64,000 bases of DNA from Blastocatellales bacterium (GCA_050249535.1 JBFWQI010000002.1:78379-142378), one strand, 5' to 3'; shown: positions 16,401 to 32,858, numbered from the stretch's first letter. Notes: generated from the letters alone by a model not told the origin. Program-made: numbers and translations.

Positions 16401-17892
16401 GGGCGTCACCTTCCATAACGCGAAACTGTATACCGAAGCGCGGGAAGCCAAAGCCGACGCCGAGGAAGCTGACGCCGCCAAGAGCACGTTCCTGTCAACG
16501 GTCAGCCACGAATTGCGCACGCCGCTGACTTCAGTTCTGGGCTTCGCCAAAATCATCCGGCGCCGTTTGGAAGAGCGTCTCTTTCCGCTGATTCCTGAAG
16601 AAGACAGCAAAATCGCGCAGACCAAAAAGCAGGTCAGCGATAATCTCAACGTCGTCATCAGCGAAGGCGAACGCCTGACCAAACTCATCGGCGACGTCCT
16701 CGACCTCGCCAAAATCGAAGCGGGCAAATTCACGTGGAACCTGGAAACGGTCCGCGTCGTCGACGTGATCGAACAGGCGCTGGCTGCGACGGCTTCACTT
16801 TACGAAGCGAAACAACTCAAGCTGGTGCGGAATCTCGCCGCCGACCTGCCCCCGGTTACGGCTGACCGCGACCGGTTGATTCAGGTGGTCATCAATCTGA
16901 TATCCAATGCCGTTAAATTCACCGAGACGGGCACGATCACCTGCTCCGCGAATATGATCGAGGGCGAAATTGTTGTGAGCGTCGCGGATTCCGGAGTCGG
17001 CATCAAGCCGGAAGATCAGCCCAAAGTCTTCGAGAAATTCAAACAGGTAGGCGATACCCTGACCGACAAACCGCAGGGCACGGGACTGGGGCTGCCGATC
17101 TGCAAAGAGATTGTCGAATATCACGGGGGTCGCATCTGGGTCGAAAGCGAATCGGGAAGGGGCAGCACATTTTCGTTCAGCCTGCCTGTAGCAGCCCGAC
17201 AGACGGTCGCTGCTCCCCCGCTGCATCTGGAATCGCTGCTTCGGCAATTGCGCGAAAGCGTGAGCAGCCACGAACCGCCTCCGCGTTCAATTCTGGTGGT
17301 GGATGACGATGCGAACATTCGCGCCGTGCTGCAGCAGGAATTGACCGAAGCCGGATATCACGTGCGGCTGGCGGAGAACGGACGACAGGCGCTGGCGATG
17401 ATCCGTGAAGAGGTCCCCGGCCTCGTCGTGCTCGACGTGATGATGCCGGAGATGAACGGCTTCGACGTCGCAGCAGTACTGAAAAACGATCCCGCAACGA
17501 TGGGCATCCCGATCATCATTCTGTCGATTGTCGAAGATAAAGAACGCGGCTTCCGCCTCGGCGTAGACCGTTACCTGACCAAGCCGATAGACACGGCGAC
17601 GCTGTTCCGCGAAGTCGGTACGTTGCTGGAACAGGGACAGTCGAAAAAGAAAGTTATGGTGGTTGATGAAGACGCCTCGACTGTGCGTTCACTGACGACG
17701 GTGCTTGAAACGCGCGGCTATCACGTCGTCGAAGCGAACGGCGCGGAACTGCTGACCAAAGCCATCGCCTCGCAACCCGACATCATCGTGTTGAGTTCGC
17801 TGCTGTCGGGTCATGACAGCGTACGATCATTACGCTTCGAAAAAGGGCTCGAGAACGTCTTGTTTTTGATTTACCAACAGGAGACCCAATGA
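13486..17892 (+). CDS. Hybrid sensor histidine kinase. Periplasmic beta-propeller/Y_Y_Y sensor, one TM helix, coiled coil, GAF, HisKA, HATPase_c, a REC domain and a degenerate second REC
   Basis: Signal peptide, propeller repeats, Y_Y_Y block (NQFRSRLEGFDHDWSAWT...) and TM (WWAYGAYALLLALTGIG). H-box STVSHELRTPLTSVLGF and G-box GTGLGLPICKEIVEYHGGRIW. REC1 is LVVLDVMMPEMNGFDV. REC2 has IIVLSSLL, with Ser where the phospho-Asp should be. The track start 13453 is a TTG; ATG 13486 follows an AAGGAG site. Confidence 0.9.
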   Translation: MITKKHLIAAIVFFHFLLLPAQTQTPLSASDRRAKEVGLPFVTWLSPQKYNGPPQIFAIAQDNRGVLYLGLGDRLIEYDGNTWRRIDTPHNAVIRSIVKGRDGRMFVGEVGDFGYLHPDQQGVMRFVSLLEFVPREDREFESINGIHETPEGIYFRAPERLFRFTPDGQGWRVKSWKLKTPISFSAYVFGTLYLGLGSGLHRLTGDVIEPLNWPRSGDLTSVQRPAFMLPFEEAQNGKPGQILFGNRLGKLFLMDENGLRPFVTEAASMLERLRITNAVKLRDGSFGVGTLMGGFLILEPNGKIRRYLYREAGIESDGVLTAMQDQTGIVWLGLQNGLAKVEIASPLSEFGRAMGFSGAVVGMTRYRGDLYVATITGGLWRLDTTTGRFQSVTGYPFQEVLGLLAYKNSLLVGGTSSGVIEMTGNRFKTIPLVKSKDQNITFLIASRYDANRVWAGGTNGVISLTSTGEGRWTDEGIIASLPVPRSIVESEPGTMWVGIESEGVARIRWQGNSLNNVKVDRFGKANGLADDGGVSVHQIDGHVVFASPRGIREFDEASGRFVESKLFGAIPIGGLPEEYNVSTTPQGDIWVNFGVRPVLLRRQADGAYKMDSNLLGRIGDGTVSWIHTDQDGVLWMGGTDRIIRYDPTQPINRTVAIQTLLRRVTAGEQGNLLLYDGGGNTTGKIQNSLAFQNNSLRFEFSAASLEDPERNQFRSRLEGFDHDWSAWTRETRRDYTNLPPGQFRFRVQVMSALGIEGAEAEYMFEVLPPWYRTWWAYGAYALLLALTGIGSRHWLVTHEREKARRQKAELEATVAARTKEISARAAELATVNHITQALASQLDKDALIQLVGEQVRDVFQASIAYVALLNRATMMVEFPYLYGEELEPIPFGEGMASQIIRSGKPLLINRNFGSSREEMGIRLLGRQPASYLGVPIRAGGEVVGVISVQDMEVEGRFTEADQRLLSTIATAVGVTFHNAKLYTEAREAKADAEEADAAKSTFLSTVSHELRTPLTSVLGFAKIIRRRLEERLFPLIPEEDSKIAQTKKQVSDNLNVVISEGERLTKLIGDVLDLAKIEAGKFTWNLETVRVVDVIEQALAATASLYEAKQLKLVRNLAADLPPVTADRDRLIQVVINLISNAVKFTETGTITCSANMIEGEIVVSVADSGVGIKPEDQPKVFEKFKQVGDTLTDKPQGTGLGLPICKEIVEYHGGRIWVESESGRGSTFSFSLPVAARQTVAAPPLHLESLLRQLRESVSSHEPPPRSILVVDDDANIRAVLQQELTEAGYHVRLAENGRQALAMIREEVPGLVVLDVMMPEMNGFDVAAVLKNDPATMGIPIIILSIVEDKERGFRLGVDRYLTKPIDTATLFREVGTLLEQGQSKKKVMVVDEDASTVRSLTTVLETRGYHVVEANGAELLTKAIASQPDIIVLSSLLSGHDSVRSLRFEKGLENVLFLIYQQETQ

Positions 17893-18260
17893 AAATCCTC
17901 ATTGTTGATGACGAACCGCATTTGCGCATGCTGATTCAGCAAACGCTGGAAGAACTCGAAGACGAAGGCGTCGAATTATTGACCGCCAGCAACGGCGAAG
18001 AAGCCCTGGCCAGCATTCAGGCAGAGGAACCGAACCTCGTTTTTCTGGATGTCATGATGCCTAAGAAAAACGGCTTTGACGTTTGCCATGCGGTGAAACA
18101 CGAACTCGGCCTGAGCCATATTCAAATCATTTTGCTGACCGCCAAGGGGCAGGAATTCGACCGCCAGCGCGGGCAGGAAGTCGGCGCGAATTTATACATG
18201 ACGAAACCCTTTGACCCGGACGCAATTCTCGCCAAAGCGCGCGAGGTGTTGGGCGTGTGA
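17889..18260 (+). CDS. Single-domain response regulator (CheY-like receiver)
   Basis: MKILIVDDEPHLRMLIQ, VFLDVMMPKKNGFDV and LLTAKGQ. Its start overlaps the kinase stop (ATGA). Confidence 0.9.
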   Translation: MKILIVDDEPHLRMLIQQTLEELEDEGVELLTASNGEEALASIQAEEPNLVFLDVMMPKKNGFDVCHAVKHELGLSHIQIILLTAKGQEFDRQRGQEVGANLYMTKPFDPDAILAKAREVLGV

Positions 18261-18267
18261 GGCGCGG

Positions 18268-19773
18268 ATGGCGAATGTAACCCTGAAAGCGATATTGCGG
18301 CCGAAAAGCGAGGCCTTCCGGACGGTGGCGGGACTGTTGGGGGACACGGCGAGCATTGCCGACGTGTCGGGCACAACGCTGTTGGGCGAGGCAGCCGCAC
18401 GAGCCGGACAAGCTCCGGTCGATCACGAAGGTGTAACCCTGGGCTGGGTCAGCGCGGAACGGCCTGAGACGGCTACGGCGCTGGCGTCCCTCCTCACGCA
18501 TCTGGCGGCTAAGGAAGCCGAGCGGCGCGCGCTGGCAAATGAAGTGCTGTTCCTGTACCGCGAAGTCAACCTGATCGAGCGGCTCTCGGAACAACTCGCC
18601 GCGCTGCCCGATTTGTCGGAAATCGGGCAGTTCGCTTTGGCCGAGGCGCGCCGTCTTATTGCCGCTTCACAAGGCACCGTGCTGGCTCTGGATCCGGAGG
18701 ATGGCTCACTGCACTGTGTCGCGTCGTTTGGCAATCAGGACGGCGATGACCCTGGCGAGCTGTCGCCGGCAGCCAGACATGCTGCCGAGCGCGAGGTCGC
18801 TGAAATCATCAATGGCGCGGACGCATCCATCCTGTGCGCTCCGCTGCGCGCAAAGCAACGCACCGTCGGAGTGATCGCGCTGGCAAACACCGCCGACGCG
18901 CCGTATTTTACGACGGATTTGAAGCTTCTCAACACGATTGCATTGCAGACGGCGGCGGCGATTGAAAATTCTTTCCTGACCGCCGAAATGGTCGATGCCG
19001 TGCGCAACCGCGAACAGTTGGCTGCGCTCCAAAAAGAGCTCGACACCGCGCGGACGATTCAACATTCTCTGATTCCCAACACCTTTCCGCCGTTTCCCGA
19101 ACGCAGGGAGTTTGACCTATATGCGAAGATGATTGCCGCACAGGCGGTGGGCGGCGACTTTTACGATTTTTTTCTCCTGGACGAACGGCGGCTGGGCATG
19201 GTTATCGGCGATGTCTCGGGCAAAGGCATTCCGGCGGCGTTGTTTATGGCGATGACAGTGACGCGTATCAGAACCATCGCCAGCGAAGGCGGAGGCGCCG
19301 ACCATTGCCTGACCGAAGTGAATCGCGTGCTGGTGCGCGAGAAAGCGTCCAACATGTTCGCCACATGTTTTTACGGGATTCTGGATCTGGTCAGCGGACG
19401 ACTGGAATACTGTCGCGCCGGACACAATCCGCCGTATCTGGCGCGCACCGATGGCACGGTGGAAACGCTGGATGCTGCGGGCGGATTGCCGCTCGGAATG
19501 TTCAGAAAGGTAAATTACAGCACGGCGACGGCGCGGATGGCGGCGGGCGATACTATTCTTCTGTTCACCGACGGCATCACGGAAGCGATGAATCCCCGAC
19601 TGGAACAGTACGGCGAAGAGCGGCTGATCGAATTGCTCGGCGCACGCACAGCTGCGTTGGGAGCGGAAGCGCTGGTGAAGGCGGTCACGCAGTCGGCGAC
19701 CGCCTTCGCTGAAGGCGCTCAAGCCTCGGATGATATGACAGCGCTCGGCGTGCGGCTCAGTGCGAATGAATGA
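18268..19773 (+). CDS. GAF-domain PP2C-family protein phosphatase (SpoIIE/RsbU-like)
   Basis: PP2C blocks GGDFYDF, MVIGDVSGKGIPAALFMA, FATCFYGILD, LLFTDGITEA and ASDDMTAL. The N-terminal half is GAF-like. It lies 7 nt after the regulator stop. Confidence 0.85.
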   Translation: MANVTLKAILRPKSEAFRTVAGLLGDTASIADVSGTTLLGEAAARAGQAPVDHEGVTLGWVSAERPETATALASLLTHLAAKEAERRALANEVLFLYREVNLIERLSEQLAALPDLSEIGQFALAEARRLIAASQGTVLALDPEDGSLHCVASFGNQDGDDPGELSPAARHAAEREVAEIINGADASILCAPLRAKQRTVGVIALANTADAPYFTTDLKLLNTIALQTAAAIENSFLTAEMVDAVRNREQLAALQKELDTARTIQHSLIPNTFPPFPERREFDLYAKMIAAQAVGGDFYDFFLLDERRLGMVIGDVSGKGIPAALFMAMTVTRIRTIASEGGGADHCLTEVNRVLVREKASNMFATCFYGILDLVSGRLEYCRAGHNPPYLARTDGTVETLDAAGGLPLGMFRKVNYSTATARMAAGDTILLFTDGITEAMNPRLEQYGEERLIELLGARTAALGAEALVKAVTQSATAFAEGAQASDDMTALGVRLSANE

Positions 19774-19896
19774 CAATTACAGAGTCAGCGTCGACACCTC
19801 TGTTCAGGAGAAGACGATCGCGTTTCCAGCCCTGAGCAAACTTCGGCCATCCTGACGTCCCGGCGCTGAAGTCGATAATATTCAATATCCGGAATA

Positions 19897-23088
<3,192 letters not shown>

Positions 23089-23172
23089 GACTTACCTCCG
23101 GCGATCAGACACCGATCATCGCCCGGGCGTCGATAGCGGCGCTCCGGGACTGAAGATATGGCTGCGGTGAAA

Positions 23173-23715
23173 CTACCTGGTCCGAATGATCTGTTCCTCG
23201 ACCTCGTCGAACGGACAGACCGGCGCCTGGCAGACGGCGGTGTCGCTCAGCGATGTCGCCAGATCGAGCGAGCGCAGTCTCCACTGATAGTTCAGTCCGG
23301 GTTCGAGCCCCTCGATCGTGACTCTGACCAGACCCGTAGGTTCGGAAACTTCGACCCCTGCGATGGTCAGACTGCTCAGACCGCTGACGTTCCGCTGATT
23401 CTCGGGCCGTACGACCTGGAACTTTCCCTCCCGGCTGATCCCCGTCAGGCGCGCCAGGATGCCCTGTGCGAAGCCTTCGCTGAAGACAGTGGTCTCCAGA
23501 GCGATCTGCGAAAGCTGGCCCTCGCTCGCCTTGAATGTCAGAATCGCCTGCGAAGTGCGTGCCTTCGTCTGACTGCACGAGGTTTCACATTTCAGTTCGA
23601 TCGAATTGGCTTGCAACGTCATCGAGGTCACGCTCATCTTCCAGGCTGAAGCGATTACAATTGCTGTCGTCAGGATGGAAAGGATCGTCAGGGGGATCTT
23701 CAGCTTTTGCCGCAT
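23173..23715 (-). CDS. Secreted hypothetical protein (~180 aa, possibly Ig/FN3-like), directly upstream of the BNR giant
   Basis: Signal peptide [24 protein letters not shown] and a beta-rich C-terminus ending ...[14 protein letters not shown]...[10 protein letters not shown]. Confidence 0.55.
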   Translation of the reverse strand: MRQKLKIPLTILSILTTAIVIASAWKMSVTSMTLQANSIELKCETSCSQTKARTSQAILTFKASEGQLSQIALETTVFSEGFAQGILARLTGISREGKFQVVRPENQRNVSGLSSLTIAGVEVSEPTGLVRVTIEGLEPGLNYQWRLRSLDLATSLSDTAVCQAPVCPFDEVEEQIIRTR

Positions 23716-23864
23716 CCGGCACCTCCGATTTGAATGGCTGGCTCACTCTTGAGGCAGTCGATGTTATCTGACTTCTTGGCTGTTATAGTCAATCCGGCGA
23801 TTGATGGACGGGAGGGTATCACTAAACCATTCAATTGTCGCTAAAAATCGTACCCGACTGAATT

Positions 23865-25013
23865 ATGGGAATAATCTCCAATCCGCTCTATGTCGTGTTT
23901 GCGCTCTGCCTTGCGGTGCTGGCTGCTGAATGGCTGGTCAGGCGCACGGCGCTCAAACATTTCGGCACCGCGCTGCTGGTCATCCTGATCACGGCGATAC
24001 TGGCCAACGCGGGCGCGATCCCGTCGGCATCGAACGCCTCGCCGGTCTACGATATCGTCTTCACGACCATCGCGCCGCTGGCCATCTTCTACCTGCTGCT
24101 CGAGGTGAATCTGAAGAACCTGAGGCGCGCCGGCCTGCCGATGCTGCTGCTGTTTCTGCTCGGCTCGCTGGCGACGATGATCGGGGTGGCGGTCGGGATG
24201 TGGGCGGTCACGGGACGCGAATCGCTCGGCCCGCTCTACGGTGCAATCGGCGGCATGTTCGCCGGGACCTACATCGGCGGCAGCATCAACTTCAATGCCA
24301 TCGCGCTGCATTACGAAGTCACGAAGCAGGGGAACCTCTACGCCGGAGCGATCGCAGTCGACAACATCCTGACCACATTCTGGATGATCGCCACCATCGC
24401 AATTCCGAAACTGCTCAATCGGAAAACAGAAAGCCGCGAGGTCGACAGAACGGCCGATGCCGTCCCGCCTGACGACGACGCGGTCACGGTAACTCCGTAC
24501 GACCTGACTCTGATGCTCGTCTTCGGGTTGGGAGCTCTGCTGGCGTCGAACTGGCTGACGGGATTGATTTCGCGAGCGGGATTCAACGTCCCGTCGATCC
24601 TGATCCTGACCAGCCTGGCTCTGGTGCTGGCGCAATTTCCGGTCGTCAACCGGTTGAAGGGCGGGCGGCTGCTCGGGCTCTTCAGCGTCTACGTCTTCAT
24701 GGCCGTGATCGGAGCATACTGCGAATTCGCCGCGCTGGCCGGCATCGGCCCGCTCGGATTGAAACTGCTGATCTTCGTGACGGTCCTCGTGCTGACTCAC
24801 GGGATCGTCATCTTCGGCATCGGCGCGCTGATCTACAGGGACTGGGATATGATCGCCATTGCCTCGCAAGCCAACATCGGCGGCGGCGCTTCGGCTCTCG
24901 CGCTGGCGCGGAGCCTCGACCGCAAGGATCTCTATCTGCCCGCCATCCTCGTCGGCTCGCTCGGCAATGGCATCGGAACGTACCTGGGTTTTCTGATTAT
25001 CAGGTTCCTCTGA
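23865..25013 (+). CDS. DUF819 family integral membrane protein
   Basis: Polytopic membrane protein with a DUF819-like topology and sequence. No further functional inference. Confidence 0.7.
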   Translation: MGIISNPLYVVFALCLAVLAAEWLVRRTALKHFGTALLVILITAILANAGAIPSASNASPVYDIVFTTIAPLAIFYLLLEVNLKNLRRAGLPMLLLFLLGSLATMIGVAVGMWAVTGRESLGPLYGAIGGMFAGTYIGGSINFNAIALHYEVTKQGNLYAGAIAVDNILTTFWMIATIAIPKLLNRKTESREVDRTADAVPPDDDAVTVTPYDLTLMLVFGLGALLASNWLTGLISRAGFNVPSILILTSLALVLAQFPVVNRLKGGRLLGLFSVYVFMAVIGAYCEFAALAGIGPLGLKLLIFVTVLVLTHGIVIFGIGALIYRDWDMIAIASQANIGGGASALALARSLDRKDLYLPAILVGSLGNGIGTYLGFLIIRFL

Positions 25014-25129
25014 GCCTGATCGACCGCAGTCAATTGCTTCAACTGTTACGGATGGATTATCTTGATCGGCGCGCAACGCGTGAGCCCGGATATCCATACC
25101 GACAATCTGCGAAAGGAAAGATCTAAATC

Positions 25130-26680
25130 ATGAGTAATGAACGCCGGAACGGACGTCGTAATTTCCTGATCGGAGGAGCAGCTCTGGCGGGAGCTGCGCT
25201 GATCCACCCCGTTGCGGGATGGACGAAGAACGACGGCCTGAGCTTCGCCGACGATCCGTTCAGCCTCGGCGTGGCATCCGGGGATCCGTGGGAGAACGGC
25301 GTCGTGCTCTGGACCAGGCTCGCGCCGGATCCGCTCAACGGCGGAGGAATGCCCGCGCAACGCGTTCCCGTCAAATGGGAGATCGCGACCGACGACCGGA
25401 TGCAGAAGGTGGTCGCGAAAGGGACCGCCATGGCCGAGCCGGAATGGGGCCACTCCGTTCACGTCGAGGTCTCGGGGCTCAAACCGTCGCGCTGGTACTG
25501 GTACCGCTTCACAGTCGATGCCGGTTCAAGCTCGATCGGCAGAACCCGCACGGCGCCCGAAACCAATGCGCGCAACGAACAGCTCAAATTCGCCTTCGCA
25601 TCGTGCCAGCATTATGAAACCGGGCTCTACACCGCGTACCGGCATATGAGCGACGAGGATCTGGATCTGGTCATTCACCTCGGAGACTACATTTACGAGT
25701 ACGCTCCGGTCCCGAACCGCGTCAGAAGGCACAACAGCCCTGAGATCAAATCGCTCGACGATTACCGCAACCGATACGCGCTCTACAAGACCGATCCGCT
25801 GCTGCGACGGGCACACGAGAACTTTCCGTGGGCGCTGGTCTGGGACGATCACGAGGTCGACAACAACTACGCCGGCGTGATCGCCGAGGACAACGCGCCG
25901 GTCGAGGAGTTCGCCGCCCGCCGGGCGCGCGCCTATCAGGTCTACTACGAACACATGCCGCTCAGGAAGTCCGTCCTCCGCGGCGGCGGCGTCGAGATCT
26001 ATCGCCGGTTGACATACGGAAATCTGGCGCGGATCTACATGCTAGATACCCGGCAGTACCGGACCGACCAGCCGTGCGGCGACGGCCGCAAACCCGCCTG
26101 CCCCGAATCGCTGGATGAAAAAGCAACGATCATGGGCGCCGAGCAGGAGAAGTGGCTGATGCGGGAGATGGACCGTTCACGATCGAAATGGAACATCATC
26201 GCGCAGCAGGTGATGATGGGGCAGGTCGACGGCGTGGCGGGCCCCGAGCAGCAGTTCTCGATGGACCAGTGGAACGGATACGCGGCGGCGCGGAAACGGC
26301 TGCTCTCCTACATTCGTGATCGCAAACCGTCCAACCCCGTGGTCTTGACCGGCGACATTCATTCGAACTGGGTCTCGGATCTGAAGCCCGATTTCAACCG
26401 CGACGACTTGCCGGTCGTGGCGACGGAATTCGTAGGCACATCGATCTCATCGGGAGGCGATGGAGTGGACCAGCGTCCGAACACCGAAGCGATGCTGTCC
26501 GAGAATCCGCACATCAGGTACTTCAACGGGCAGCGCGGATATGTCCGCTGCACGGTCGACAGGAACCGTTGGCAGAGCGATTATCGAATCCTCGAATCGG
26601 TCAGCCGGCCGGATGAACCGATCGCCACCAAAGCGAGCTTCGTCGTCGAGGACGGGCGGCCGGGCGCGCGGCGCGTCTGA
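25130..26680 (+). CDS. phoD: Alkaline phosphatase D (PhoD family), Tat-exported
   Basis: Tat signal [19 protein letters not shown]. PhoD blocks [23 protein letters not shown] and [11 protein letters not shown]. Confidence 0.9.
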   Translation: MSNERRNGRRNFLIGGAALAGAALIHPVAGWTKNDGLSFADDPFSLGVASGDPWENGVVLWTRLAPDPLNGGGMPAQRVPVKWEIATDDRMQKVVAKGTAMAEPEWGHSVHVEVSGLKPSRWYWYRFTVDAGSSSIGRTRTAPETNARNEQLKFAFASCQHYETGLYTAYRHMSDEDLDLVIHLGDYIYEYAPVPNRVRRHNSPEIKSLDDYRNRYALYKTDPLLRRAHENFPWALVWDDHEVDNNYAGVIAEDNAPVEEFAARRARAYQVYYEHMPLRKSVLRGGGVEIYRRLTYGNLARIYMLDTRQYRTDQPCGDGRKPACPESLDEKATIMGAEQEKWLMREMDRSRSKWNIIAQQVMMGQVDGVAGPEQQFSMDQWNGYAAARKRLLSYIRDRKPSNPVVLTGDIHSNWVSDLKPDFNRDDLPVVATEFVGTSISSGGDGVDQRPNTEAMLSENPHIRYFNGQRGYVRCTVDRNRWQSDYRILESVSRPDEPIATKASFVVEDGRPGARRV

Positions 26681-26688
26681 GCACCGCA

Positions 26689-27909
26689 TCATTTCTCAGC
26701 GGCTTCGACCACGACCCTGAATCCGACGTTATCCGCGCGATGATCGAGGTCGATCGTCCGGCGGGCCGCCGATCTGCATTCGATGCCCGCGCTGTCCCAT
26801 CCGCAGCCGCGGAGGATCTTCATTCCGGAGCCCGGCCCGGATTCACCCGAACCGACCGGCCCCCGGTCCATCGTCCATTCCCAGACGTTGCCATGCATAT
26901 CGTACAGACCGAACGCGTTGGCCGCTCCGAGACTGCCGACCGGAACCGTCTGCTCGCGATAGGGTCCCTTTGAATTAGATCCGAACGGCCTGCGCCCGTT
27001 GAAATTCGCCCAGTCCGAGCCGAGACCATCGCCTGAGCTGAACGGGGTCGATGTCCCCGCGCGACAGGCGTATTCCCATTCAGCCTCGGTCGGCAGCCGG
27101 AATTTGCGCCCCGTCAGACGCGAGAGCCTGGCGCAGAATTCGACGGCCTCAGCCCATGAGACATTCTCGACCGGCCGATTGCCGCCCTTGAATCGCGAAG
27201 GATCGCTGATCAGTTCGATGTCGATCTTCGGCAGACCGGCGACTGCGCGCCACTGCGCCTGAGTGATCTCGTACCTGCTGATCATCATTTCAGCGACGCC
27301 GACCTGATGCCGCGGGATCTCCCACTCGATTCCGCCGATCCGGTCTCCCTCTCTCGCCCGCCCTGCGTTTCTGACATTCTCACGCATGACCGATTCAAGC
27401 TCGGCCTCATCAGCCCCCATCAGAAAAGTCCCGGCCGAAACCTCGACCATCTCGATTCCGATCCCGCCCGGCAGTTGCTGACTGAAGGATCTGGTCGATT
27501 CGGTCCGCGTTTCGATCACCTTGCCGCGATTGTCGGCAACCAGCACGTTGAACGAGGAATGCATCAGCGGAACCTCGGGCCGAGCCGGCTCCTCAGCCTC
27601 TTCCGGTCGATTCGCCGGCGGATCTGCGATTTCCGGCAGGCTGAGCGTGAAAGCCAGTTTCGACATCCGACCGGCAGGCGACTCAGGCGCGGATTCCAGC
27701 GGCGCCGGTCTGACGCGTTTGCCGGAATCCTTCTTCTCTCTGTTCTTGCCCGTCCGCCGCTCCGAACGAAAGCGGTTCGGCACGATAACCACCTGCCCCG
27801 CTGCCTGTATCGTGAAGATCGAGACCAGAATGCCCGCTACCAGACATCCGACGAGCGATGAATGTCCATAATTTCGATTGCGATTGAATCCGGCAGTATT
27901 TTTTTTCAT
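26689..27909 (-). CDS. Formylglycine-generating-enzyme (FGE/SUMF1) domain protein with an N-terminal membrane anchor
   Basis: C-terminal FGE-sulfatase signatures [12 protein letters not shown] and [14 protein letters not shown]-terminal TM helix [19 protein letters not shown]. It lies 13 bp downstream of the Ser/Thr kinase. Confidence 0.8.
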   Translation of the reverse strand: MKKNTAGFNRNRNYGHSSLVGCLVAGILVSIFTIQAAGQVVIVPNRFRSERRTGKNREKKDSGKRVRPAPLESAPESPAGRMSKLAFTLSLPEIADPPANRPEEAEEPARPEVPLMHSSFNVLVADNRGKVIETRTESTRSFSQQLPGGIGIEMVEVSAGTFLMGADEAELESVMRENVRNAGRAREGDRIGGIEWEIPRHQVGVAEMMISRYEITQAQWRAVAGLPKIDIELISDPSRFKGGNRPVENVSWAEAVEFCARLSRLTGRKFRLPTEAEWEYACRAGTSTPFSSGDGLGSDWANFNGRRPFGSNSKGPYREQTVPVGSLGAANAFGLYDMHGNVWEWTMDRGPVGSGESGPGSGMKILRGCGWDSAGIECRSAARRTIDLDHRADNVGFRVVVEAAEK

Positions 27910-27924
27910 TGCGATCGATATCCT

Positions 27925-29718
<1,794 letters not shown>

Positions 29719-30128
29719 CTGTTTCTCCTCCTTGTCTCATCTTCGCGATATCGGGGGTCGAACACACCTCCGCCTGCCTGGCGGAGCGAAATCCTGTGTT
29801 CGTAATCGGGGATCGGGTATGTCGGAGTGTGCGTCTGTCAATTCACGCGCATCGTATTCAGGCAGGCAACTCTATGGTTTTATCGATGCTCTTCTATTCT
29901 TCTCTCATATCTTTTAATGGCACCACGTCACGGTGAATATCGGGAATGCAGCCGCACCACGGGGTTCGAGGCGATCAGATTCCCGCGAAACGTGATATCA
30001 AATATTTACAGGGTACGAGATGTTCTTCAGGGGATACACGAGGAATATTCCCTATCTTTATACATCGAAGTCGTGCCTCAATGGAAGCACTGATTGATTA
30101 AAAATCAGTAACGGCTCAACCTTGTCAG

Positions 30129-30288
30129 AAAAATACTAGACGCTAAGGCGCCAAGAGAGCCAAGTTTTATTGAGGTAATGAAGATCCGGGTCTAACCGAT
30201 GTTCAAGCGGCGAAATGGAGGTAGCAGTAGCCATCCCAGCCATAATTCTATCTTGGCGCTCTTGGCGCCCTGGCGTCTAATATTTTTT
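30129..30288. mobile_element. Short MITE-like element related to the TTTAAACGCCAAGGCGCC family. 36-bp imperfect terminal inverted repeats, upstream of the ECF sigma gene
   Basis: AAAAATACTAGACGCTAAGGCGCCAAGAGAGCCAAG ... CTTGGCGCTCTTGGCGCCCTGGCGTCTAATATTTTTT, with 4 mismatches between the arms. Confidence 0.5.
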
Positions 30289-30302
30289 GTGACAAGAAAA
30301 AT

Positions 30303-30331
30303 GGAAGAAACCCGGAGCCTGCCGCGTCTGA
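30303..30331 (+). promoter_or_regulatory. Candidate ECF-type promoter (GGAAG-N17-CGTCTGA) upstream of the ECF sigma gene
   Basis: The motif resembles the ECF -35 GGAAC and -10 CGTC at canonical spacing. It is weak, sequence-only evidence. Confidence 0.25.
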
Positions 30332-30355
30332 GAAGTAGAAGGACGTGATCAGGCA

Positions 30356-30951
30356 ATGATGGAGAGACGCGCCGTAATGAACGAGATGGCCAGCGAAAGG
30401 CTGTTGATAGAGGCATGCCGGAGCGGCGACCGCGAGGCGTTCAGGCGGCTCTATGAGCTCCACAAGGATCGCGTCTATTCGATCGCCCTGCATTTCAGCG
30501 GGAACGATGCCTCGGCGCGGGACATCGTTCAGCAGGTCTTTCTCAAGCTCTTCACAAAGATCGGCGAATTCCGTTCGGAGTCGATCTTCTCGACCTGGCT
30601 CCACCGGATTACGGTCAATGCCTGTCTGGACGAGCACAGAAAGCAGCGGCGGTTCATCTCGATCGATGATCAGGGCGGCGAGGAGGAGGGAGATGAAAAC
30701 CCTTTTATTGAAAGCCGGGTAACGATCGAAACCGACTATTCGATGATCGAGCGAAGCGCCCTGGTCAGACGAGCAGTAGGAAGGCTGAAACCGAAATTGA
30801 GGATCGCCATACTTCTCAAATATTTCGAGGATCTGAGTTACAGAGAGATGGCCGAGGCCCTGGGATGTTCCGAAGGGACCGTCGCCTCCAGATTGAATCG
30901 CGGGCACAGGGAGCTCGCCGGGCTGCTCGAGGCTCTGCGAGGTGATATCAA

Positions 30952-30955
<4 letters not shown>
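30356..30955 (+). CDS. RNA polymerase sigma-70 factor, ECF subfamily
   Basis: Region 2 (...RVYSIALHFSGNDASARDIVQQVFLKLF...) and region 4 (LSYREMAEALGCSEGTVASRL). About 190 aa. Confidence 0.9.
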
Positions 30956-32118
<1,163 letters not shown>

Positions 32119-32133
32119 CAGGGAGGTATTCTG

Positions 32134-32844
32134 ATGACAAAAGGACTTCGTCGCTCATTCACGCTTATCGCCATCGCGCTCGTCATGTTCCTGCCGGCCC
32201 AGGCCGGCCCCCCGCTGATCTGCCATCCGATCGACACCGGCAACGCCAGATCGCTGCCCTGGCAAGGCCCGGACTGGCGCGACGTCAAAAAAGATTACGA
32301 TATCAATCGGCTGGCGACCGATACGCTCGCGCTGCTCGGCCCCGAAACGCCGGTCCTCGAACGCATGGAGACGCTCCGCAGAGCGACCGTTTACGCCGTC
32401 TGGTCGAACGTCGATCGCGAAGTCGGGATGTCCGCGAAGAACCACAAGGCTGCAGACGCCCTGATGGCCGCTCTGATGGAACGCGTCCGCTCGTCGTTCA
32501 GAGACAACAAACCCTCTGCGCTCGCCCTCTTCGATGCCGGATACCTCTCGGCCAGCTACAAACAGGCAGGCTACAATTCGCCCAATGCATCGCTCAGCGG
32601 AATGGACGGATACGCCATGGTCCGCAAGGCGAAGGGCCTTCGCGGCGAGAGCCCCGAAATGGAGTTCGCTCTCGCCCTGATCACTCTCCACCCGAGCAAT
32701 CCCGCTCACAAGACGCATCTCGTCAGCGCGCTCGACGGAGCCCGGGAAGGATCACTGCTCGAACGCAACCTCGTCCGCCAGTTCGGCCGGCCGGGCCAGA
32801 ACCTCAGGGCGCTGCGCACAACCATCGCCAGAGCGAATAACTGA
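32134..32844 (+). CDS. Secreted hypothetical protein, third gene of the ECF operon
   Basis: Signal peptide MTKGLRRSFTLIAIALVMFLPAQA. No recognisable domain. It lies 15 bp after the anti-sigma gene. Confidence 0.6.
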   Translation: MTKGLRRSFTLIAIALVMFLPAQAGPPLICHPIDTGNARSLPWQGPDWRDVKKDYDINRLATDTLALLGPETPVLERMETLRRATVYAVWSNVDREVGMSAKNHKAADALMAALMERVRSSFRDNKPSALALFDAGYLSASYKQAGYNSPNASLSGMDGYAMVRKAKGLRGESPEMEFALALITLHPSNPAHKTHLVSALDGAREGSLLERNLVRQFGRPGQNLRALRTTIARANN

Positions 32845-32858
32845 TAACCCTCTCAGAC

